Below are positions 1-11,999 of a stretch of DNA of 64,000 bases, one piece after another. Under the pieces are notes generated by a model that had not been told where the DNA came from, did no database searches, and saw only the letters and a list, made by a program, of their open reading frames with translations. The first letter of the stretch is position 1; each line of letters begins with the position of its first letter. This DNA comes from Octopus sinensis (taxonomy: Eukaryota), in assembly GCF_006345805.1 (NCBI RefSeq), contig NC_043004.1, positions 29,326,001 to 29,390,000 on the forward strand. Direction: 5' to 3'. The position numbers and the translations under genes are program-made.

Positions 1-1
1 C

Positions 2-32
<31 letters not shown>

Positions 33-699
33 GTGTTTCCCTAAAACTTGAGAACTACACATTCAAATTTTACACATGCCTCACTTAGGGTCCGGGGAGT
101 GTCATCGGCAAAAATTCAACTTCTTGCCTAGAGCGAGCCCATAGCAATATCATATCTTCTCCACTATTTCAGTATTACGTGTTAAAAGTGAAACAAAAAT
201 ATTTCTCTATTTTATGTCAGATGCTTTCACTTTAGCAATAAAAATAATAGTAACAATTGAATTATATGTGGTAAGTAATAATTAAAATCAAACTAAAGTA
301 TAATATAATTGTAACATACAAAAGTAAAAATAGCAATTGGTATAAAATTGCATCAATGATTTGAACTTGAATAAGTGGTTTCACATGAATGGGAATAAAT
401 TAAAAATATAATTAGCGTGCAGAAATAGAATAGTCCAGATGGATAATAAAAAATTAAATAAAAGAAAAGACTATTGTCTATAAAGTATACAATGAAGAGA
501 AAAAAGAAGAGCTAACAATTCCAGTCTGTTATATATTTTGAGTATTGTTATCACTAGCGATATCAAGATATAACTTTGTATTTTGCATTTTATGTGTAGA
601 TGTATATATATAGATGTACATGTAATATGTACACATATATATACACATATATACATGCACTAGCACTATGACCCAGCAACGACGGGTCTTTAATGCTAG
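1..699 (+). mobile_element. 3' part of a putative non-autonomous Helitron-like element
   Basis: (CTGT)n at 1-30, and a terminal GC hairpin GACCC..GGGTC (670-688) followed 7 nt later by CTAG|T (696-700). This is the usual Helitron 3' architecture. Confidence 0.4.
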
Positions 700-711
700 T
701 TTTTCTATAAA

Positions 712-846
712 TAGGTACAGACATGCCTATGTGGTTAAGAAGCTCGCTTTGCAGCCACGGGCTTTTGAGTTCTACTATAATCACGACCAATGCCTTGTTA
801 GTAAATTTGGTAAACGGAAACTCTGTAGAAGCCTGTCGTGTGTGTA

Positions 847-892
<46 letters not shown>

Positions 893-1147
893 TGAGTGAG
901 TGAGTGAGGGAGAGAGAGAGGGGTATTTTGTGCATGTTTGTGCGTGTATGCGAGTGTGCCTGTGTGTGTTTGACCCTCACCATTGACTGACAACTGGTTT
1001 GGGCTTGTTGACTTCTCTGTAACAGCGGCTCGACAAAGACACCGAATGAATAAGTACCAGACTTTAAAAATCACTACTGTGATTGGTTTGTTCGATAAAA
1101 CCTTTCGATGCTGTCTTCCTCATAGCCGCAAGTAAAAGATAAAAGAT
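712..1147 (+). mobile_element. SINE family A (tRNA-derived, internal microsatellite), degenerate copy
   Basis: Colinear with copies at 4258 and 38581: tgtggttaagaagctcgc head, ggtaaacggaaact, internal (GT)n(GA)n, taagtaccag tail. Confidence 0.7.
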
Positions 1148-1852
1148 ATTTCATATATTGCTATATACTGTATATTTCTATATTGTAGCTCAAAGCTAAC
1201 AGAAATCTAGCGAGAATATAGTAGACTGCAGCAGTCGTTTTGTATTTTACTCTACGAATACTTATCCGTGTTAGGTATTGTAGAAAATTGTCGGGTCATT
1301 GAAGAGAGGAAACATAAGAAGAACAGTTGAAAGTTCAACCGATATCAATATCGATTTCTTTTCACTGGACATCAACCAAATTTTGTTATTGGGGTGTAAT
1401 CGATTGAAATGACATTACTATATGATTGGTGATTCTTTAACGTTTCTGGAGTGATGAAAATTAAAAGAAAAATATGACTGCGATCAGATTTGAACTGAGA
1501 GCGTAGAGGAACAAAGCTAAATACATCAATCTATTTAGTCCAAAGTTTTACTGTTCCTACCGATTCATCGATAGTCATTGCTATTGATCAGAAATGAAAG
1601 GCTCTCTAGTCTCAAGGAAATGTCAATTTGTGACTCATGTATTTCCTAAGTGTATTAGTGGTATATAGATATGAGGTGCAGACGTAGCTGCAATCACGTA
1701 GTTCTAGGTGTGACCTTACCTCCAGGTATATTAGACAAATGTTCTTCGAGTTGACCAATTTCTTGTATCACAGTGGACAGTTATATACAGATAGTTAGCC
1801 ACTGATGAAGTTTTACATCTATCTATCTATCCATCTATCCATCTATCTATCT

Positions 1853-3080
1853 GCGACATCTCCGGCTCTATGTAGACGACGGTGAACAGGTGTGGTCGCC
1901 GTTTGTGAGGCACGCATTCCCGCAACTCGTCTCCATGACCGAACTGCAGTCATGGATCAAAAAGAGGCCGAGGAAGGGCGAATGGCACCGCGAGTGTCGC
2001 GTTGCTCTCAAGCAACTCTGCCGTCCCGGGTCGACCTTGAGTGACTTCAACACAACCAAAGCATTCTTTAGGGGATTAGTGGAGGGGAGGTACGACGACG
2101 ATCTCGGGGCAAACCTGGGCGTAGACGAGGAATACCTGACCCGCCTGGTTCAAACGACTTTCGGCCCGGGACCTATGGACAACTTCCAGAGATCCCTGGC
2201 CTGGCGGTGCTACCGAGAAGCGCTAGCCGTTCGGGATAAGCTCTATAGGCATGGCTCGAGAAACACGGGGCCGACCTGCCCGAGATGCGGGCAGAGCGAC
2301 GAAACCGCTCTGCACGCAATCGTGCAGTGTCCAGCAATTTCCGACCTGTGGGCTTATGTCGAACGACTGCTGTCACGTGTGGGACGTGTCGGTTTATCAG
2401 CCGAGTCTATCGTTAATATCGTCACGCCTCCTTCCTTCAAACGGGAAGGAAGAGCTATTTTTATCATACTTGTGGCTACGGCGAAAGAATGCATCTGGTG
2501 GACGCGCCTGAAAGGATTAGAGACAAACACTTTCCTCTCTGGTCAATCTCTCATCAACTTCTTCAAGTATCACTTGAAGAGGAAAGTGAGAGTAGAGAGG
2601 CAAGTTTTGTCTAGTGAATGTTTTAAAAAAAGATGGGTGAATGTAGCAAGGATGGCACGTATGAATGACGAAGCCACCCTGACTATGATTCTATGAACCG
2701 TAAAAATTAATACAGAGAGTTGCTTATTTGCAAAAAAAAAAAAAAGAAATATAACATGTGACTTCATTGACCGAGGTTACCGTGGTCTTTTCCGTAGGCT
2801 TTTCTTTCCACGGGTAAACCTCACCTGTCCTCCTCTTTACACTTCATATTGACATTTCTGTGATTACGATCCCTATTGATCAACTTCTTTTTTTTCCTCT
2901 CCCCTTTTCTTTTTTCCCTCTCCTCCCTTTTTTTAATCCTCCCCTTTTTTGTCCTCTTTCTTTCCTTTTACGATCCCTTTTGATCGAAAACCAACCCCCT
3001 CTTTTTTATCCCAACAGAAAAGCTCTACCTTGTAATTTGTTCTGTCTGTGTGCAGCCCTGTGTGGCTAATAAAGAAACAT
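1853..3080 (+). mobile_element. Tx1/L1-clade LINE, 5'-truncated 3' end (ORF2 C-terminus plus T-rich 3' UTR)
   Basis: ORF 1890-2696 has a zf-RVT-like motif CPRCGQSDETALHAIVQCP. A pyrimidine-rich 3' UTR ends in AATAAAGAAAC. Homologous decayed copies lie at about 34-36 kb. Confidence 0.8.
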
Positions 3081-3086
3081 ATCTAT

Positions 3087-3221
3087 ATATATATAAGAGA
3101 ACAAGATGTACGTTACGCCGCAATAATACATGTATAAAAAATATATATAAAAATACAAAATGGGACAAGAACGCAAAACACTCAAATAGACGACACATAT
3201 TTTTATATATTTTATACATAC

Positions 3222-3285
<64 letters not shown>

Positions 3286-3480
3286 AATGTAAAAAAACAC
3301 AAACTGTGACAAGAACGCAAAACATTTAGAAGGCGATACAAAAAAAACGGACGGGACGTTCGAAGCCTTCGATCTTCAGTCAAGAACCGGATCATCTTGG
3401 CAATTTCGGCTGATTAATCTTGAGATTGCTCAAACCTGGCCAGCCCCAAAGGAAAATCTAAGCCAAGCGCATTAGATTCA
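3087..3480 (-). mobile_element. Possible Penelope-like (PLE) terminal fragment associated with (TA)n
   Basis: Repeated gacaagaacgcaaaaca segments around (TA)n, and a degenerate CTGAAGA..GAA-CGT motif on the minus strand at about 3355-3380. Confidence 0.3.
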
Positions 3481-3495
3481 TATATATATGAATCT

Positions 3496-3750
3496 AAGAT
3501 GTAAATGCAGTAAGATTTAAGAACATGAAAACCGTGTATGCGTGTGTAGATACATGTATTCGAGGGATTTCATTTTGGGTTGTAAAGTACTGACAACTGG
3601 AATTTTTATCTTATATAAAACTTTTATTACTCCTTAGCTCATAAACGAGCTCCAAAAAACCGAGTTGTTCTGTACACAGAGTATTGCCCCAATTAAAAAA
3701 AATTATATATAGATAGATAGATAGATACATAAATACATACATACATACAT

Positions 3751-3831
<81 letters not shown>

Positions 3832-4081
3832 ATGTATGTATGTATGTATCTATCTATCTATCTATATATATATCATTTTTTTTAATTGGGGCAATACTCT
3901 GTGTACAGAACAACTCGGTTTTTTGGAGCTCGTTTATGAGCTAAGGAGTAATAAAAGTTTATAGAAGATAAAAATTCCAGTTGTCAGTACTTTACAACCC
4001 AAAATGAAATCCCTCGAATACATGTATCTACACACGCATACACGGTTTTCATGTTCTTAAATCTTACTGCATTTACATCTT
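3496..4081. repeat. Near-perfect ~585-bp palindrome centred on (TA)n
   Basis: 3496-~3785 is the reverse complement of ~3795-4081, including the compound (GATA)/(CATA) microsatellite. Only a few differences are visible. Confidence 0.95.
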
Positions 4082-4257
4082 TATATCTTTTTTTCATTAT
4101 TATATGTTTTTATCTTTTGTTTGAAATATTTTGGATTTTTAATATAAACATTATTCCCATCCAATCTTATAAATCACTTTAAGCATGATTTCATTTTCGG
4201 ATGTAAAGTACTGGCAACTGGAATTTTTATCTTCTATAAATTTACATATATATATAT

Positions 4258-4404
4258 AGGCTTAGGAGTGGTTGTATGGTAAGTATCTTGCTTACCAACC
4301 ACATGGTTCCGGGTCCATGTGTCTTCTACTATAGCCTCGGGCCGACCAAAACCTTGTGAGTGGATTTGGTAGACGGAAACTGAAAGAAGCCCGTCGTATA
4401 TATG

Positions 4405-4450
<46 letters not shown>

Positions 4451-4675
4451 TGTATGTATGTATATGTATGTATGTGTGTGTATATGTTTGTGTATCTGTG
4501 TTTGTCCCCCCCCCCCAAATCGCTTGACAACCGATGCTCGTGTGTTTACGTTCCTGTAACTTAGCGGTTCGGCAAAAGAGACCGATAGAATAAGTACTAC
4601 GTTTAGAAAGAATAAGCCCTAGGGTCGATTTGCTCGACTAAAGGCGGTTCTCCAGTATGGCCGCAGTCAAAAGAG

Positions 4676-4678
<3 letters not shown>
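4258..4678 (+). mobile_element. SINE family A
   Basis: Head ggagtggttgtatggtaag, body gtcttctactatagcctcgggccgacc, internal (TATG)n, tail ggtcgatttgctcgactaaaggcgg; colinear with the reverse copy at 38581-38964. Confidence 0.85.
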
Positions 4679-4758
<80 letters not shown>

Positions 4759-6694
4759 TTTATGCAGTTGAAATTTACAGAAAAACAAAAGACGAGCAAA
4801 ACAACAAACAGGTTTATTAGTTTGACGCTCGAGAAGGTGAGAAAGTCTTAAGTGTGTGCGTGTGGATTAGGGACTGGTGACTTTGACGTGTGGATGTGTG
4901 CGTCTGTAATATGATGGTGTGGGGGTGGCGTGATGTAGTGTGGTGGTGTGGTGTGGCGGTGTTGGGGTGTGGGGGGTGAGGGTGGGGGTGGTGGAGGGGT
5001 ATCAACAGAGGGTGAAGGTTGGTAGGAGTGAAGAGAGGAAGTAGGTATCAGGACAAGAGAGGAGAGGTGGGTGAAAAGAGGAAGGGAGGAGGGGAGTCAG
5101 ATGAAGAGGAGAGGGGATTTGAGCCCATGTGGGGCAAAGGAGCGAAGAGAGAAGATTAATCTTTGCTCACGGCCAAGGCGGGAGTGCGGATGGCCCCTGT
5201 GCAATGACAATCCGAACACAAAGGTGTTGTAATGACTAAACGGTGGCCTTGCTAGGATATATATATATATATATATATATAATGAATTTATAATAAAGGA
5301 AAAGAGAGATTTACATCCAGTTTTATTCAGCAGTTATTTCTTTTCATTTGTGTACCTTCGTGTTTCTGCAGCAATCAATGCACACTACAAAATTTGCATT
5401 TTTAGGTGCCTTTATTGTTAATTGCATACATACATACATGTGGAAAGAGGAGAAAGAGAGAGAACACTGCCACGTAAATGCCTTTAGGGAAAATTTAAAT
5501 TCGATATTTTGGATGAAAATGTCCTTTTTCTAAAAATGATGAAGAAACAAGACAATGCGTCTGAGTTTTTGCAGCTTAAAATCTGAGGAAAGTGGGATCG
5601 AACATATGTCTTTTTCTCGGGAATCTATTATTGGTAGGTTGTGTATGTGTCACGTGTGTGCGAGGAGAAAGTTGTGATGTATGCAGGCCAGTGGGAATTG
5701 CTAGGTTAGCCAATGAACCTTATCCAATTCCTGCTTGTTGATGGTCGGTTTGTATTGTTTGATGGGGCTATCTTGGATAATCCACATCGCTCTAATAGTG
5801 GTAACGCTGTCTTTGACTCAGCATTTTTCACGCTACTTTTCTGTATTTTTCACCCATTTAACTCTATGGAACGGAAATTAATGGGCTTTGAAAATATAAT
5901 CTTACTAAATCAGCGAACATAGCTTCCCTTGCATAATTTTTATTTACTGGATCTAGGAGAAGGGTGCAGTGCCTACACAGGCCCTCTAAGTTTTTTGCCG
6001 TTAACGTTTTATTTTGCACCTAATCTTATCATCAATCTGTTTGTTGTGGTTATGTTTCTTCTGAATTAATCTTTAATATTTTTTCATTTGATTAAATTTT
6101 AAGTTACACTTCTTACATCGTTTGCGTGGTTGTTGTACCGTTTGTATCCTTTTTTCTTCTTATATTATTTGTCTTATTTATATCATTAGCTTTTTTGGAA
6201 AGTGAGTGGCAAATATGAAAGGCACAGTAAATTAGTCTTGCCCGAAAGAAGAGAGGCAGTAGTATTTAGAACTAGGTAACTTCAGATCTCGAAAAAATAA
6301 AAATAATGCATTGGTCAATACATTGGCCATTCCTATTTATGGCCGACACAAACGTTGTGCATGCAGTTACAAATTTAGATCTAATTTGTTCAAGTGATGC
6401 AGCTACACTCCTCAGGAAACCTTATTTTAAAAGACCGTTTGAGTAACTGAACAATGAATTAATCAATACATGAACATGGTTTAATCCAAGCCAACGAGTT
6501 TTAATACCAACAGCACAATTCTTACATAGTTCAAATACTGTTGTTATTGAAACTACTACGCTCCCAATACAAAACTGGAAGAAATAGATGGATAGATGGA
6601 ATATATTTTTTTCCAAATGGATATGAGGCTGGTGCACAAAAACTAACACTGAACCACATGTCAAGCAGTCATACATTTTGAAGATAAGTTTTTT

Positions 6695-7149
6695 GATCTT
6701 TTCAGTTTGAACGGCAGTTTTTTAAAATAATTTCCACGTAACTAAACATTTTTAAACTTCGTATACTGGTAGAATGTGTTTATAAAACATCTTTTTCTCT
6801 TGACTTTATTGAGAAAATTCTATAGTTTGTAAGATATTTGTTGTTTTTTTCTTCAATTTCTGCAATTTCAACCAATCAATGACGTCTATTGAGGTGAAAG
6901 AATGCTGTGCCGTATGAATATGTCCGTCGTTTAAGAAACAGATTGGGCTTATTTACATTTCTGAAGAAAAAAGATACCCTTCCCCCCACCCCTAACCCTA
7001 ACCCAAACCCTAACCAACCCTAACTAACCCTTACTAACCCTAACCCTAAAACAGATTGAAATGCAATATATCGATACTAGGGTCATAATTATGGGTGACA
7101 ATTTCATATGACACCGCTAGAAAAAACTGCCGTTCAAACCGAAAAGATC
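6695..7149. mobile_element. MITE/Helentron-like element with 29-bp inverted repeats and an internal (CCCTAA)n tract
   Basis: IRs at 6695-6723 and 7121-7149 with 1 mismatch, T-run flanks, and telomere-like repeats at 6990-7049. Related fragments occur at 16948-17275. Confidence 0.65.
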
Positions 7150-7712
7150 CAAGTTTTTTTTTTAAGTCAAATCCCTTATAATTTTCTAGATAATATTTTA
7201 GTAAAATGTTTCTACAACTTTTATCCAGCACAGCAGCCGACGTGTCGATCACAGAACGTGAAAGAATCGCAGCAACAAGTCTTCAGCCGAGCCAGCGAGG
7301 AAGTTTCTATGTGATAATTTGAAATAGTCGCGAATCTCTCTCAAATAATACTTTGCCGTCTTATAAAAGAAAAGAAAATAGCGGACAATGATAAACAATG
7401 ATGTGGACGATAACGGCTGAAACGCCTTTGATTATACATCTGCGCGATCAAGGTTAGACGCCTACTATTATTGCTGCTGCTGCTGCTGCTGCTGCTGCTA
7501 TGCCAGCGAGCTGGCAAGCTCGCTAGAACAAGAAAAATGTTTTACTGCCTTTCTTTTTCCGACTCTTCATTGTCTGAGTTCAAATACCTCTAAGCTCAAC
7601 TTTGCCTTTCTTGTCGAAATTGACAGAATTAAATACAATCACTTACTGGGTTTGATGGTATCGCCTACTCCATTCTCTTCGAAATTGCTGGCCTTGTAAA
7701 AAAATTACAAGG

Positions 7713-7759
<47 letters not shown>

Positions 7760-7761
<2 letters not shown>

Positions 7762-8285
7762 GAGTGAGAGAGCAGAGCATGTCATCAAAGTGACACTGGG
7801 GTACAAATATACGAAGCCCAGTATACCCATCATGACTACCCGTCTGATAAGGCTACACTAGGCACATGCATCACAACCATATGTGCGCGACATGGTGACC
7901 TCATATCAAGATAAACAGTGCATGATGTTGCAGGTGGGGCAACCCATCCCGCTCAAAAGGTCCCTGAATAAAGGTTTTTTAAGGATGTTGAACGAAACAC
8001 CCATGTTTCCAAAGGTGAATCATTCAAACCCCAAAGAATCCCTGTCAAAACATGGTTATGATGCTCCCCCACTACTTCTGCTCGTGGTCAGAGATGCACA
8101 TAACTCTAGCCACTAAGGGATATGCTCAACTGGTTAAGGTCAAACAACTGACAAGCAAATCTGTGGCATTAAGCAGAATATTTGCTGTAGTCCATCTTTT
8201 ATACCAAGACAAAACAATGTACATACCACTTCCAATTAGTTATGATCAGAAGCCATGTGAGCCACTGTCTGGTACTGCATCAGGG

Positions 8286-8287
<2 letters not shown>
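7760..8287 (-). mobile_element. Element E (~550-bp non-coding repeat embedded in TAA/TGA microsatellite), copy with a small internal deletion
   Basis: Same termini and sequence as 19498-20055 and 49948-50497. Confidence 0.9.
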
Positions 8288-8320
<33 letters not shown>

Positions 8321-8375
8321 CCATCATCACCATCATCACCATCATCCCCATCACCATCATCACCATCATCACCAC

Positions 8376-8428
<53 letters not shown>

Positions 8429-8465
8429 CCATCATCCCCATCACCATCATCACCATCATCACCAC

Positions 8466-8561
<96 letters not shown>

Positions 8562-8675
8562 CATTATTATTATTATTATTTATTGTCTTTGTACATCTTC
8601 TAACGCTGGAGATGTTCTCAGAACATAGCTACGAGCGAAATGCCGCAAAGCATTTCGTCCAATAATAATAATTAC

Positions 8676-8744
<69 letters not shown>

Positions 8745-8816
8745 CATCATCATCATCATAATCATTATTATTGTCATTATCATCATCATCATAATCATTA
8801 TTATTGTCATTATCAA

Positions 8817-8885
<69 letters not shown>

Positions 8886-8910
8886 CATTATTATTATTAT
8901 CATCATTATA
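8288..8910. repeat. Compound (CAT)n/(TAT)n microsatellites
   Basis: Read directly from the sequence; these tracts generate the poly-His/Tyr/Ile ORFs. Confidence 0.95.
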
Positions 8911-8911
8911 A

Positions 8912-9135
8912 AGGCGATGAGCTGGTCGAATCGTTAGCGCACTGGACGAAATGCTTAGCAGCATTTCGCTCGTAGCTATGTTGTGAGTTCAAATTCCGCC
9001 GAGGTCGACTTTGCCTCTCGTCCTTTCGGGGTTGATAAATTAAGGTCAGTGAAACACTGGTGTCGATATAATCCCCTAGTCCCCATCCCAACAAGTCTGA
9101 GGTCTTGTGTCTCCAGTAGAAAGGATTATTATTAT
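8912..9135 (+). mobile_element. SINE family B, (ATT)n-tailed subtype
   Basis: ggcgatgagctgg head, B-box-like gagttcaaattcc, gtcgactttgcct..ggggttgataaattaag core, tail agtagaaaggattattatt. Confidence 0.85.
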
Positions 9136-9208
9136 TTATATTATATTACCCCCATAACTACTGCTGATGCTGCAGTTGCAGCGGCTATAGTTGTTGCTCC
9201 TGCTGCTG

Positions 9209-9650
9209 TTGGCAAATATTTGACAGTTTTTTTCTAGCAGGCCGAGTGAGCATGTAAAGGATCCCTCGTCTGCTCGTGCGCAATGTAGTATACCAGAGAT
9301 TCAGGTGGTTCTACTTTGGTAAATATGAGGAACCTATACTTCACTAACGATGGCAGAATGTTTAAACGTCAGAGTTGATCGACCTTCTTGATGGGGTTTC
9401 AAGTCTCCATTTAATAAACAGATTGACACTATCTTACCCATAAATGCCGAACATGGTTAGATATCCTATCTTAATTTGATAAAGTGATTTGAATTTTCTT
9501 CTTAGAATATGAATGAATTATGAAGTTCTTTTTTTGTATTTATGGCAATATTACGTTAGTCATTAGTCATCTGAGATTGAAAAATACGTTGATTGATTAG
9601 GATTGAACTTCGTGTCACTGCGTGCCGATTTACAAGGTAAAATCTTGCGA

Positions 9651-9700
<50 letters not shown>

Positions 9701-10589
9701 GGAGAGAGAGGGACAGAAAGAAAGAGGAAGAAAAAGAGAGAGCGATAGAGAGAAAAAGAGAAAGAGAGAGACACTGAAGCTGAGGTTTATCTGGTTTTAT
9801 TAATTTTTTACTGAAGCTTAATTAAAGGAGGATCATTTAATTAAAGGAGAAAGACACTTTTCAAGGCCTCCAAGTCTGCTGGTAAAAAGGGTGGAAATTT
9901 TTCATTAGATCGGGTGTCTAGTCTAGATGTTTGTAATAGAAATGGTGGCGGCGGTGTTAAAGAAGGTGACATATTAAGTCTGTCATAAGAGAATAAACAG
10001 GAACGACTGTCCCTCCAATGCACATCCATCTACCAACTATTACTCACAATGCTTTGATTGCTACCAGGTTTTGGCAGAAGACACTTCTCTGAGATACCTT
10101 ACACTGAGATTGAACTTAAAACTATGTAGTTACGAAACAGACGTCCTACAACACAACCATGCTTGCAGAGATATATGAAGAAGTTGGACAATATTTTACA
10201 GAAAAACCGATATTCTTATCGACTGTCAGGCACTGGATCAAATACAAGAAAATTTAAACCAATAAAATCTGTTCCATTCTAGTTTATCTATTTTGGCAGC
10301 AAATACTCTTACAGCATACATAAACAAGAAAGCTTCTATGTGGAAGTCGAGTTGCTGGAAATAGCAACCTAATCTTTCTCACATTACAGAATACCATCTT
10401 AGATGACAGAGGATATGTGAACAATATAGCCTATACATAGAAAACTCTGAAGAATCACAGCTGGGAGGCCTGTCATCATAGGTCTGCTCAATCAAGGCTG
10501 ACCTAGAACTAATTAACAACAAGAATGATATGTAAATACGTATGTCCACTCACGCTCATTTACAAACATAAGTCCCTCGTTCACTATCA

Positions 10590-10633
<44 letters not shown>

Positions 10634-10724
10634 GTATGTATATAGTATCGCGCGCGCACTCACTCACACATATATGTGAATAAGTATGTATGTATGTTTA
10701 TATCTGTGTATGTATGTGTGCGAG

Positions 10725-10773
<49 letters not shown>

Positions 10774-11736
10774 ACATGTGTGTGTGTGAGAGAGAGTATG
10801 TGTGTGTATGTGTATACATGTATGTGCACGTGCGCGCACGCGTGGTTATGTTTAATATACGACCGTGATGTAGTGTTGTCTTTTTATAACTATTTTTCAT
10901 ATTCATGCATGTGTTCCATGCATTTGTTTAGAACAATGCGCACACACATTTGGTAGATGGATGCTCTTTGGAGAAACCGTCGTTCCTGTTTATTCTTTTA
11001 TGACAGACTTAATACGGCACCTTCTTTAACACCGCCGCTATCATTTCTATTACAAACATCTAGACTAGACTTCAGGTCCAAGGAAAACATCCGCCCGTCC
11101 TACCAGCAGACTTGGATGCCTGGGAAAATGTCGTAGACGTAAGCCTTTTTCTTTTAATTGAACGATCCTCCTTTTAATTAAGCGGTAGCAAAAAATTAAT
11201 GAAACTAGATAAACCTCAGCTTCAGTGTCTCTCTTTCTCTTTTTCTCTCACCCTCTCTTTCTCTCTCCCTCACAGACACACACACACACATCACATGATT
11301 TCTCCAATAAATTAGCACGCAGTGATACGATGTTCAATCCTAATCAAAGTGCGTATTTTCCCATCTCAGATGACAAATGAAAAAGGTAATATTGCCATTA
11401 ATAAAGAAAATAATAATTTATTCATACTCTTAGAAGATAATTCAATTCCCTTTATCAAATCAAAATAAAATATCTAACCATGTTCGACATTGGTGGGTAG
11501 GACAGTGTCAACTTGTTTATTAGATGGAACATTGAAATCTCATCTTGAAAATCGATCGACTGTGACGTCAAAACATTCTGCCATCGTTAGAAGAAGTATA
11601 GGTTCATCGTATTTACCAAAGTAGAACCACATGAATCTCTGATATACAGCATTTCACACGAGCCGACATACATAAAAATGTATGTATATATGCATGCTCG
11701 CTCGACCTGCTAGAAAAACTGTCAAATATTTGCCAA
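9209..11736. repeat. Old inverted duplication; arms 9209-10036 and 10950-11736
   Basis: The arms are colinear reverse complements over about 800 bp (roughly 80% identity by eye), separated by a ~900-bp spacer. Confidence 0.9.
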
Positions 11737-11999
11737 AGTATATTACACCGTCTTCAAAAAGCAACGCTACATAGTGCAATATAGTGTTAGATTTGCAATA
11801 CGGAAGACGAAGACAGGGTTGTCATGGCTGGAACGATCATAATCAGCTGAGTTCATGCTGACTTAGGAATAAACATCAAGATTGTATACTTACTTGCGCA
11901 AAAAATGCGATTGTTAAGAAATTACAGACAGGTATTTATATATACGTATATACATACGAAAACATACATACATACATACATATATACATACATACATAC

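Noticed and set aside
3350-3385. Hammerhead-like CTGAAGA..GAA-CGTC on the minus strand
   Set aside because: It lacks one A of GAAA and no stem I forms, so it is at most a dead remnant.
6990-7049. Telomere
   Set aside because: The tract is short, degenerate, interstitial and inside an IR-bounded element.
8052-8975. Poly-His/Tyr/Ile/Met ORFs
   Set aside because: They are translations of (CAT)n/(TAT)n microsatellites and element E. The same applies to all (YI)n, (CV)n, (HT)n, (NQPT)n and poly-N/L ORFs in the track.
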